Origin: an uncultured Bacilli bacterium
Lineage (GTDB): Bacteria; Bacillota_I; Bacilli_A; RFN20; CAG-631
DNA length: 63,215 bases
Assembly: GCA_934202505.1 (NCBI GenBank)
Contig: CAKPXW010000001.1
Location: forward strand, 1-63,215
Reading direction: 5' to 3'
Shown here: piece by piece, positions 56,112-63,215 of the stretch
Layout of the letters: each line of letters opens with the position of its first letter
How positions within the stretch are numbered: position 1 is the first letter of the stretch
Translations under genes and position numbers: made by a program
Notes under the pieces: model-generated
The model's database searches: none
What the model was told of the DNA's origin: nothing
The model's input: only the letters and a program-made list of their open reading frames with translations

Positions 56112-57575
56112 TTATTTTGTTTTCACACCTTGAGGAATATTGATTGGTGTGTTATCATCTTTTTTTACTTTATAACGTCCTTTTTTTCCACCATTATTCA
56201 TAAAATGCATAATTAATGATTGAGCGGCACTAACTATTGCTGAAGCAATCCAATAAATTGACATTGTAACTGGCATTGTAAATCCCATAAATAAAATCAT
56301 AATAAGCATTATATTACTCATCATATTTGTCTTTCTTTGTTGTTCTTTTGCTTCACGAGTCATTCTCTTACTATTTAAGAATTGTGGAAGTTTCATTGTT
56401 AATATTTGAGAAGCAGCCATTAATAAGAAAATAATTAAAGCACCAACTTTAAAGTTCCCTATAATATAAGAACTTAATGTATTTCCCATAACAACTCCAC
56501 CAAATAATGTACCTATTCTTAATACTCCAAGATACATAACTGCACGATACATAGCAATAAATACAGGGAAAGTTATTAATAAAGAGATAAATGGAGCAAA
56601 TGGCTTAACTCCATATTTTTTATATAATGCCATCATTTCCATAGACATTCTTTGTTTTTGCTCTGGAGTTGGATTTTGACCATACTTAGCTTGTAAAGCT
56701 AACATTTCAGGTTGAATATCTTGCATTTTTTGTGTACTAGTTTGTGATTTGAATGTTAATAAGAAAATTGTGGCTTTGATTACAATTGTTACTACAAGAA
56801 TAGCAAACATTTGCATTAATCCATTTCCTGCAAGACCGCCAAATAATTTAACAAATAAATTAATAAGTGCAGCCATTGGATAAACGAATAATCCTGTTAA
56901 AAATCCTGCATCCCAAGCCATCTTCCAAGATGTTTTTCCAATAGTTATTCCTGTTTCTGGATCTTTGAAATTATCATGGAAAACAATACATGCTTTTGAA
57001 TGAGATTGCATTCTTCTACTTACAGGTGTTAATTTTGCACCATTATGAGCACTTTCGTCTTCACTATCTTTATTCATATCATTCAATTTTGTGTAATATT
57101 TGTTTCCTGCAGCTACTACAACATCATTTAAGTAACTTTCAGCAGCTGATGAATCTTGTATGCTATTATTGATGGTTTCTTTAACAATACTATTAAATTG
57201 TTTTTCACCATAATATGGATTTTTATTTTCTCCATTATAATAAGTAAATAAATAATGGGCATTTGAATAGTTAACATCATCATCTGCTACAATTTTTAAT
57301 GTATTGCCTTCTTCATCATAAACATATTTATTACTAAAAATGGAATACTTTACTTCTTCTTTTTCGTCCTTATTTGGTTGATATGCTTCATATACATATT
57401 GTTCAACATAAAATCTTCTAATTTGTGAGAAAGTGTTTGTTCCATCAACTGTTGCTTCACCACAAACTTCACCATCATAATACTTACTACCAGAACATGA
57501 TGTCATTGAAAATACAAAGATGAAAGAAAATAAAGTGGCTATTAGCATTTTTATTCTATTTTTTTTCATTAACAT
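56112..57575 (-). CDS. yidC: Membrane protein insertase YidC/Oxa1 with a long lipoprotein-type N-terminal domain
   Basis: Conserved core from about residue 225 and a basic C-terminal tail. Signal peptide with ..SMTSC. 487 aa. Confidence 0.9.
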   Translation of the reverse strand: MLMKKNRIKMLIATLFSFIFVFSMTSCSGSKYYDGEVCGEATVDGTNTFSQIRRFYVEQYVYEAYQPNKDEKEEVKYSIFSNKYVYDEEGNTLKIVADDDVNYSNAHYLFTYYNGENKNPYYGEKQFNSIVKETINNSIQDSSAAESYLNDVVVAAGNKYYTKLNDMNKDSEDESAHNGAKLTPVSRRMQSHSKACIVFHDNFKDPETGITIGKTSWKMAWDAGFLTGLFVYPMAALINLFVKLFGGLAGNGLMQMFAILVVTIVIKATIFLLTFKSQTSTQKMQDIQPEMLALQAKYGQNPTPEQKQRMSMEMMALYKKYGVKPFAPFISLLITFPVFIAMYRAVMYLGVLRIGTLFGGVVMGNTLSSYIIGNFKVGALIIFLLMAASQILTMKLPQFLNSKRMTREAKEQQRKTNMMSNIMLIMILFMGFTMPVTMSIYWIASAIVSAAQSLIMHFMNNGGKKGRYKVKKDDNTPINIPQGVKTK

Positions 57576-57912
57576 TAATCTCCTTATTTATAAATGAGTT
57601 GTATACTTTTTTAAGCATTTCAAGATTTTCTTGAAAGGTGTATTGTAAATAATTTTGTCTTACTACAATCACTATATCTATTTTTAAAGAAAAATCAATA
57701 ACTTGTTTTACGATTTCTCTTACTTGTCTTTTTGTTTTATTTCTTATAACAGCGTTCCCAATTTTTTTTCCTACAGAAATACATATTCTTGCATTATTAT
57801 TTGAATCATTAAATCCATAATACATAATGTAATTACTATTTTTTACACATCTTTTTTTAGCAACTAATTTCCCTATTTCTTCATTTCTTTTTAAGCGAAA
57901 ATTTTTTTTCAT
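57556..57912 (-). CDS. rnpA: Ribonuclease P protein component
   Basis: 118-aa basic protein with an RNR-like motif (KKIGNAVIRNKTKRQVRE), located between rpmH and yidC. Confidence 0.9.
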   Translation of the reverse strand: MKKNFRLKRNEEIGKLVAKKRCVKNSNYIMYYGFNDSNNNARICISVGKKIGNAVIRNKTKRQVREIVKQVIDFSLKIDIVIVVRQNYLQYTFQENLEMLKKVYNSFINKEINVNEKK

Positions 57913-57930
57913 GTTTCTCTCCTAAAGATG

Positions 57931-57961
57931 GAAAAAGCCACTAACGATGACGCTAGTGGCT
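57931..57961 (-). terminator. Attenuating hairpin between rpmH and rnpA
   Basis: Minus strand agccactagcg-N4-cgttagtggct (one mismatch) followed by TTTTT. Confidence 0.55.
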
Positions 57962-57969
57962 AAACCTTA

Positions 57970-58104
57970 TTAAGCTGTTAGAACTTTTCTTTTCTTGTTT
58001 CTTCTTCTAGCAATTACTTTTCTGCCATTTGGTGTTGCCATACGAGCACGAAAGCCATTGACATTTTTATGTTTTCTTTTACTTGGTTGATAAGTTCTTT
58101 TCAT
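57970..58104 (-). CDS. rpmH: 50S ribosomal protein L34
   Basis: Not in the track (44 aa). [49 protein letters not shown] lies 9 nt upstream. Confidence 0.97.
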   Translation of the reverse strand: MKRTYQPSKRKHKNVNGFRARMATPNGRKVIARRRNKKRKVLTA

Positions 58105-58200
58105 CTTTCATATACCTCCGTTTACATTACGCGGTTAGATTATATAACTTTTTTGCTTTTAAGTCAAATAATATATAAATATTATTATTATTTTTTTTAT

Positions 58201-58329
58201 TGTTGACAATTTGTGGAAACACACTTATCCACAAGTATTTTTTGTTGATAACATGTTGATATTTGTGGGTTTTTGTGGATAACTCTTTCTTTTTTTCAAA
58301 AATATTAAAAAAATATTTTGTTTTCCACA
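58201..58329. other. oriC part 1: DnaA-box cluster upstream of dnaA
   Basis: Perfect TTATCCACA at 58225..58233 and its complement TGTGGATAA at 58274..58282. 1-mismatch boxes at 58243..58251 and 58321..58329. Weaker boxes at 58201, 58212 and 58254. Confidence 0.85.
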
Positions 58330-58378
58330 ATCATATGTTACAATGCGTATGCTTTTTATTAAAGGGGGTGTATCTTTT

Positions 58379-59749
58379 ATGTTAGAGGAAAGTAATAACA
58401 CGGTTAAAAAAATATGGGATGAAATATTATTTAAAATTCAAAGTGAATTAGATATTAATGCTTATAATACTTTTTTTCTTCCTATAATTCCTTATGGCAT
58501 AGAAGATAATAAATTTATTATTCTTGCGCCTTCTCGTTTTGTTAAAGAAGTTATTTCTTCACCTAAATTTTCTTTGAAAATAAATGACTGCTTAAAAGAT
58601 ATCACTAATACTGATTTTAAAATAGAAGTCAAAGAAAAAACTGAATTTGAAAATGAAAATGTCGTTCCTCAACCAGTTATCACCAAAAAAGAAAATAAAT
58701 TATCTAGTAATTTAAATCCACAATTTATGTTTGATAACTTCGTTGTAGGACCATCAAATAGAGAATGTTATGAAGCTTCTTTAGCAGTGGCTTTAGAACC
58801 TGGGAAATTTTATAATCCTTTATTTATTTATGGCCGTTCTGGTATTGGAAAAACCCACCTTTTACATGCCATAGGTAATTATTGTAAAATGAATTCTAAC
58901 CGTACTATGAATATATATTATACTACAGCAAATGATTTTGTTGATGAATTTATGCGTTCAAGTCAAAATAAAGATATCGAATCGTTAAGAGCTAAATTTA
59001 GGAGTATTGATATGCTTTTATTGGATGATGTTCAATTCCTTGCAGGAAAAGAAAAAACTGGGGAAGTTTTCTTCTATATATTTAATGATTTATTTAATGA
59101 AAAAAAGCAAATTGTTTTAACAAGTGATAGAAATCCTAATGATTTAAGAGGACTTGAAGATCGTCTTGTAAGTAGATTTGCTAGTGGACTTACTGTTGGA
59201 ATGAATGCTCCTGAATATGAAACAGCTTGTGCTATTTTAAGAAGAAAAATAAGTGCTAAAAATTTTGATTTAAAAAATATCGATGATGAAGTTTTAAATT
59301 TTATAGCCCAAAATTATTCAGCTGATGTAAGACAACTAGAAGGTGCTTTAACTAGATTATTCTTTTATGCAACAACAATCAATAAATCTGAATTTATAAC
59401 TTTAGATTTAGCTATGGAGGCTTTAAAAAATATATCTCGTCCAAAAGGAGTTTCAACAAATGTGACTTGTGCTACTATAAAAGAGACAATTTGTGATTAC
59501 TATGGAATTAATAATTCTCAACTTATTGGATCAAGCCGAGTAAAAAAATTAACCGATCCAAGATTTATTGCTATATATCTTTGTAGAAACATGATCAATA
59601 TGACATTTGAAGAAATTGGCTCAGAATTTGGTAATCGTGATCATTCAACAATTATGAATGCTTGTTTAAAAATAGAAAAGTTAATAAAAGAAGATTCAGC
59701 ATATGCTTTAGTTGTCAACAAAATTAAACATTTGATAACAAACAAATAA
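58379..59749 (+). CDS. dnaA: Chromosomal replication initiator DnaA
   Basis: Walker A GRSGIGKTHLLHAIGN, LLLDDVQFL, and a C-terminal DNA-binding domain (DHSTIMNA). Start moved to ATG 58379 (GGGGGTG 8 nt upstream). Confidence 0.97.
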   Translation: MLEESNNTVKKIWDEILFKIQSELDINAYNTFFLPIIPYGIEDNKFIILAPSRFVKEVISSPKFSLKINDCLKDITNTDFKIEVKEKTEFENENVVPQPVITKKENKLSSNLNPQFMFDNFVVGPSNRECYEASLAVALEPGKFYNPLFIYGRSGIGKTHLLHAIGNYCKMNSNRTMNIYYTTANDFVDEFMRSSQNKDIESLRAKFRSIDMLLLDDVQFLAGKEKTGEVFFYIFNDLFNEKKQIVLTSDRNPNDLRGLEDRLVSRFASGLTVGMNAPEYETACAILRRKISAKNFDLKNIDDEVLNFIAQNYSADVRQLEGALTRLFFYATTINKSEFITLDLAMEALKNISRPKGVSTNVTCATIKETICDYYGINNSQLIGSSRVKKLTDPRFIAIYLCRNMINMTFEEIGSEFGNRDHSTIMNACLKIEKLIKEDSAYALVVNKIKHLITNK

Positions 59750-59917
59750 TATTTTATCAACAAATTAAATATAGTACTTTAAAAAAATACATATATATAT
59801 TATAATATATATGTACTTTTAAAAAAATACATTATCAACAAATCAACACTGCTTATTGTTATTATTATTATAAAAAAGTAATAAATAAAAAAAATAATAA
59901 ATAAAAGGAGAAAACAC
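59750..59917. other. oriC part 2: AT-rich dnaA-dnaN spacer with DnaA-like boxes (probable unwinding region)
   Basis: TTATCAACA at 59754..59762 and 59832..59840. Direct repeat gtacttt(t)aaaaaaatacat at 59774..59792 and 59813..59832, flanking an (AT)n near-palindrome. Confidence 0.65.
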
Positions 59918-61045
59918 ATGAAGTTAAAAATTAATCGTCAAGTTTTATTGAATAACTTAAGTAAAGTATCAAAAGCCGTAAATCCTAAAGTTCCTTTAAT
60001 CGCTCTTACAGGAATTAAATTTACATTATCAGAACATCAATTAGAATTGATTGGTAGTGATAGTGATTTATCTATAAAATGTGTAATTAAAGATGAAACA
60101 AATAATCAAAAAATAATGGAAATAGAAGAATTAGGTTCTATTGTTATTAATGAAAAAATAATTTGTGAAATTATTAGAAAAGTAGAATCTGAAATGGTAG
60201 AAATAGAAGTTGTTGATAATCTTGCTAAAATAAGATCTGATAAATCTATTTTCTCTGTTAATTGTATACCTGCTATTGATTATCCTAATATTTCCTTTGA
60301 AAGTGATGCATTAGGTGCTGAAATTTCTTTAGATGCTTTAGAATTAAAAAATACATTAGACCAAACATTATTTGCAACTAGTGATAAAGAAGCAAGAGCA
60401 ATACTTACAGGTTTAAATTTAAAATGTGATAGAGACACTTTAGAATGTGTTGCAACAGATACATTTAGATTATCTAAAAAAGTTATTGAAATAAAAGAAA
60501 ATGTTTCTTTTAATGTTATTGTTCCACGTTCTTCATTAGATGAAATAAATAAAATTATTGAATTAGGTAAAGAAGTTAAAATTAATATATCTGATAAAAA
60601 AGTTATCTTTGATTTAGATGATTGTATTATAAGTTCAAGAATTATCAGTGGTACTTTTCCTGATATTTCAAGATTAATTCCAAATGAATTTAGTCAAACT
60701 TTAAATATTTCTACAAGAGATCTTGTTGGAGCGGTAGATAGAGCATCTATTCTACTTACTGAAAAGAATAATGTAGTTAAGTTAAATATGAGTGCCGATG
60801 AAGTTTATGTGTCTTCAAAATCAATGGAACTTGGATATGCTGTTGAAAAAATTAATGAATATGGTTATGAAGGTGAACCATTAATGATTTCATTCTCAGC
60901 AAAATATTTATTAGATGCTATAAGAGCATTAAACAGCGAAGAAATATCTTTGAATTTTACAGGTGATATGAAACCAATAATTATCAAATCTAAAACTAAT
61001 CCAAATTTAATTCAATTAATATTACCTGTGAGAACTTATAATTAA
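59918..61045 (+). CDS. dnaN: DNA polymerase III beta sliding clamp
   Basis: 375 aa with three-domain clamp pattern and C-terminal LILPVR. Immediately downstream of dnaA. Confidence 0.95.
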   Translation: MKLKINRQVLLNNLSKVSKAVNPKVPLIALTGIKFTLSEHQLELIGSDSDLSIKCVIKDETNNQKIMEIEELGSIVINEKIICEIIRKVESEMVEIEVVDNLAKIRSDKSIFSVNCIPAIDYPNISFESDALGAEISLDALELKNTLDQTLFATSDKEARAILTGLNLKCDRDTLECVATDTFRLSKKVIEIKENVSFNVIVPRSSLDEINKIIELGKEVKINISDKKVIFDLDDCIISSRIISGTFPDISRLIPNEFSQTLNISTRDLVGAVDRASILLTEKNNVVKLNMSADEVYVSSKSMELGYAVEKINEYGYEGEPLMISFSAKYLLDAIRALNSEEISLNFTGDMKPIIIKSKTNPNLIQLILPVRTYN

Positions 61046-61049
61046 AAAA

Positions 61050-61823
61050 ATGAATATTAGTAATAATTTTAAAGAGTTTATTTATAAAAAATTATTAAGT
61101 GATAAAAAAATATATAAAATATTATGCTCTTTAGATAATATTTATGAATATAACGAAAATGATTTTGCAATTGATTTAACATTATTTGCTAAAACATTAA
61201 CAATTAAATATTATAATAAAGAACTTGCTAAAAAATTTAGAGAAAGTATTAAAAGTAATAATTATGAAAATGCTTTTAATATTTTAATAAATGAATATTT
61301 GTATACAGCTATCGAAATAGAAATATCTTATAGTGATTTACCTGATAAATTAAATCGAAAAGTTCTTGTTCCTATTCGTTATAATATGGCAAATTTAATT
61401 TATTTAACATTGTCTTTATTTGGATGTATAGAAAGCAATAAATTTGCAGAGATTTTAGATGAAAAAAGTAATGAATATATTTTGATGAATGAAATAAATG
61501 ATAGATATAATTATGAAGATAATTTTAATATTGCAAATGATTTTTTTATAGCAAAGTTTATTCAAGATAATAAAAAAAGTACAATTATTTTTGATTATAA
61601 AAAAGATATAAAATTTAATTTAGAGTTTAAGAAAATTAAATTATTTTCTAAAAAATATGAATATCAATATTTTGTGAACATCTTATCAGCAACTGGTATT
61701 TCAATAAATCAAAAAGATAAATTTAATCTTAATAAAGATAAAATAGATACTTTAATGGAAAATATCTATTTAGATATTTATGAAATAGCAATAAACTATG
61801 AGACAATAGATTTTGATGATTAA
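61050..61823 (+). CDS. Hypothetical protein with a possible pRiA4b ORF-3-like (PF07929-type) core
   Basis: 257 aa. Starts 4 nt after the dnaN stop with no SD. Residues ~85-135 (IEIEISYSDLPDKLNRKVLVPIRYNMANLIYLTLSLFGC..) resemble the R-x-hLVP...L..Lh..h...hG motif recalled for that family. Confidence 0.45.
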   Translation: MNISNNFKEFIYKKLLSDKKIYKILCSLDNIYEYNENDFAIDLTLFAKTLTIKYYNKELAKKFRESIKSNNYENAFNILINEYLYTAIEIEISYSDLPDKLNRKVLVPIRYNMANLIYLTLSLFGCIESNKFAEILDEKSNEYILMNEINDRYNYEDNFNIANDFFIAKFIQDNKKSTIIFDYKKDIKFNLEFKKIKLFSKKYEYQYFVNILSATGISINQKDKFNLNKDKIDTLMENIYLDIYEIAINYETIDFDD

Positions 61824-61844
61824 CATACTATATTTAAAAAAGTT

Positions 61845-61876
61845 AAAGACATTTTTTGTAAAATAATGTCTTTTTC
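61845..61876 (+). terminator. Rho-independent terminator after the post-dnaN ORF
   Basis: aaagacatt-N11-aatgtcttt running into TTTTT. Confidence 0.65.
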
Positions 61877-61932
61877 TATTGTCTATATAAATTTATAAGT
61901 ATAAAATTGAAATGAAAGGAAGAAATATTAAA

Positions 61933-63114
61933 ATGGAAAAAAAATATTTTGAAGACTTATTATCTTTTTATGAAAAAGAATTAGACCAAACTTTAAATTT
62001 TTGGTATGACCATGGTTATGATAAAGTAAATGGTGGCTTTTATACTTGTCTTGAAAGAAATGGCAATGTTTATGATACAGATAAAGCTGTATGGGCACAA
62101 GGAAGAGGTTTATGGATTTTCTCACATGCTTATAATCTAATAAAAAAAGATGAACGTTATTTACAAGCTGCAAAAGATGCTTATGATTTTATAACAAAGC
62201 ATTGCTTTGACAAAGATGGAAGAATGTTCTTTACAGTTACAGAAAACGGAATTGGAATTCAAAAAAGAAGATATTGGTTTTCTGAATCATTTACTGTTGT
62301 AGGATCAGCTGAACTTTATAAAGCAACAGGAGAAGAAAAATATTTAAAAACTGCAAGAGATACTTTTGATACAATGTTAAAAGTAAAAACAGGAGTTATT
62401 AAGGTTGAACCAAAATATAACCCAGAAGTTGTAAATTGTATCGCTTTAGCAAGTCCAATGATTTTGCTTGTAACTTGTCAAATCTTACGTGATATAGATG
62501 TAGAAAAGAAAGATTACTACTCACAAATAATTGATGATAGCATTACTGAAATAAAACTTCATTATCATCCAGAATGTAAAGCTGTTTTTGAAAATGTTAA
62601 TTTAGATGGTTCATTAGTAGAAGGATCAAGAGGAAGACTTGTTAATCCTGGACATTCAATCGAAGAAAGTTGGTTTTTAATGAATGAATCAGCTTATCGT
62701 GGTGGTGATAAAGAATTACAAGAAATGGCTTTAAATATTTTAAATTGGTCATTTGAACTTGGATGGGACTATGATGTTGGAGGTTTACGTTACTTTGTAG
62801 ACGTACAAGGAAAACCAGTTCAAGCATTGGAATGGGATATGAAATTATGGTGGCCTCATAATGAAATGTTAATTGCATTCTTAATGGCTTATAAACAAAC
62901 AGGAAAACAAGAATATTTAGATAAATATCAATTAGTACATAATTATGCTTTTTCTCATTTTAAAGATGAAAAATTTGGTGAATGGTATGGTTATTTACAT
63001 AGAGATGGTTCTGTTGCTACAGATTTAAAAGGAAATATCTTTAAAGGTCCATTCCATCTTCCAAGATGTGAAATTGAAAATATTTGCCAATTAAAAGAAA
63101 TTTTATCAAAATAA
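61933..63114 (+). CDS. N-acylglucosamine 2-epimerase (AGE) family epimerase/isomerase
   Basis: (alpha/alpha)6-barrel family pattern: GGFYTCL.., WAQGRGLW, NPGHSIEESWF, WWPHNE, GEWYGYL. Start moved to ATG 61933 (AAAGGAAG upstream). Confidence 0.8.
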   Translation: MEKKYFEDLLSFYEKELDQTLNFWYDHGYDKVNGGFYTCLERNGNVYDTDKAVWAQGRGLWIFSHAYNLIKKDERYLQAAKDAYDFITKHCFDKDGRMFFTVTENGIGIQKRRYWFSESFTVVGSAELYKATGEEKYLKTARDTFDTMLKVKTGVIKVEPKYNPEVVNCIALASPMILLVTCQILRDIDVEKKDYYSQIIDDSITEIKLHYHPECKAVFENVNLDGSLVEGSRGRLVNPGHSIEESWFLMNESAYRGGDKELQEMALNILNWSFELGWDYDVGGLRYFVDVQGKPVQALEWDMKLWWPHNEMLIAFLMAYKQTGKQEYLDKYQLVHNYAFSHFKDEKFGEWYGYLHRDGSVATDLKGNIFKGPFHLPRCEIENICQLKEILSK

Positions 63115-63139
63115 TGATCAAATAAAAAAAGAGGTTTAA

Positions 63140-63215
63140 CCCAATGTCATTAAGTTAAGAATGACAAAAGAATAAAAAGCATAGAATATCAACTACCAAA
63201 ATTGATTATCCTATG
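63140..63215. repeat. Right arm of the perfect 76-nt terminal inverted repeat (partner 2..77)
   Basis: Exact reverse complement of 2..77. It runs to the last base of the window. Confidence 0.95.

Noticed and set aside
58127-58330. 67-aa minus-strand ORF between rpmH and dnaA.
   Set aside because: It coincides with the DnaA-box cluster of oriC. No SD and low-complexity sequence. It is non-coding origin DNA.
59750-59917. Direct repeats in the dnaA-dnaN spacer considered as a mini CRISPR or tandem-repeat array.
   Set aside because: There are only two 19-20-nt copies, no cas genes and no regular repeat-spacer periodicity. The location and the DnaA-like boxes fit an origin unwinding region.
1-63215. 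Whether the whole inverted-repeat-bounded segment is a mobile element, prophage, composite transposon or linear replicon.
   Set aside because: The content is core housekeeping (oriC, dnaA, dnaN, dnaB, ribosomal proteins, metK, ackA, fhs) with no transposase, integrase, phage or conjugation genes. The repeats more plausibly belong to elements outside the window.
1-63215. Possibility of genetic code 4 (UGA = Trp), given the Mollicutes-like AT richness.
   Set aside because: Long conserved genes read through intact under code 11 with normal lengths and tight spacing. I saw no gene that appears truncated at a TGA and resumed in frame.

Overview
Very AT-rich, densely packed chromosomal segment of a low-GC Bacillota-type bacterium. 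It reads cleanly in genetic code 11, and gene content hints at an Erysipelotrichia-like or similar gut lineage, but that placement is only a guess. The window spans the replication origin. rpmH-rnpA-yidC-jag lie on the minus strand, followed by a DnaA-box cluster, then dnaA-dnaN on the plus strand with a second AT-rich box-bearing spacer between them. Left of oriC most genes are on the minus strand (co-directional with replication). Content is almost entirely housekeeping:
- Replication and competence: dnaB, holA, comEA/comEC.
- Translation and RNA: rplI, rpmH, hpf, greA, an ABC-F ATPase, rsmA, rnmV, mnmE, rimO, and a U32 pair.
- Central metabolism: ackA, pduL, fhs, metK, upp, two tandem class II aldolases, glucokinase, ispE.
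- Signalling and envelope: gdpP, a YfhO/CsbB-like glycosylation pair, a polysaccharide deacetylase.
- Transport: one complete ABC importer, an orphan MsmK-like ATPase, ribU, and a CDF transporter.

Two riboswitches are recognisable: SAM-I before metK and FMN before ribU. I found no rRNA, tRNA, CRISPR array, transposase, integrase, phage gene or recognisable defence gene, and no convincing multi-gene novel system.

The strongest unexplained signal is at window scale. The first and last 76 nt are perfect reverse complements, so the 63-kb origin-containing segment is bracketed by inverted copies of some element, unless this is an assembly artefact.

Secondary leads:
- A two-gene unit after jag: a membrane-anchored repeat protein plus a Gfo/Idh/MocA oxidoreductase.
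- An orphan ORF fused to the 3' end of dnaN where yaaA-recF-gyrBA normally sit.
- Tandem diverged aldolase paralogs with identical nucleotide tracts.
- A small signal-peptide-like ORF in front of an FtsX-like membrane protein.
- A U32 pair in which one partner lacks the Fe-S cysteine motif.
- Several perfect palindromes in leader and promoter regions.
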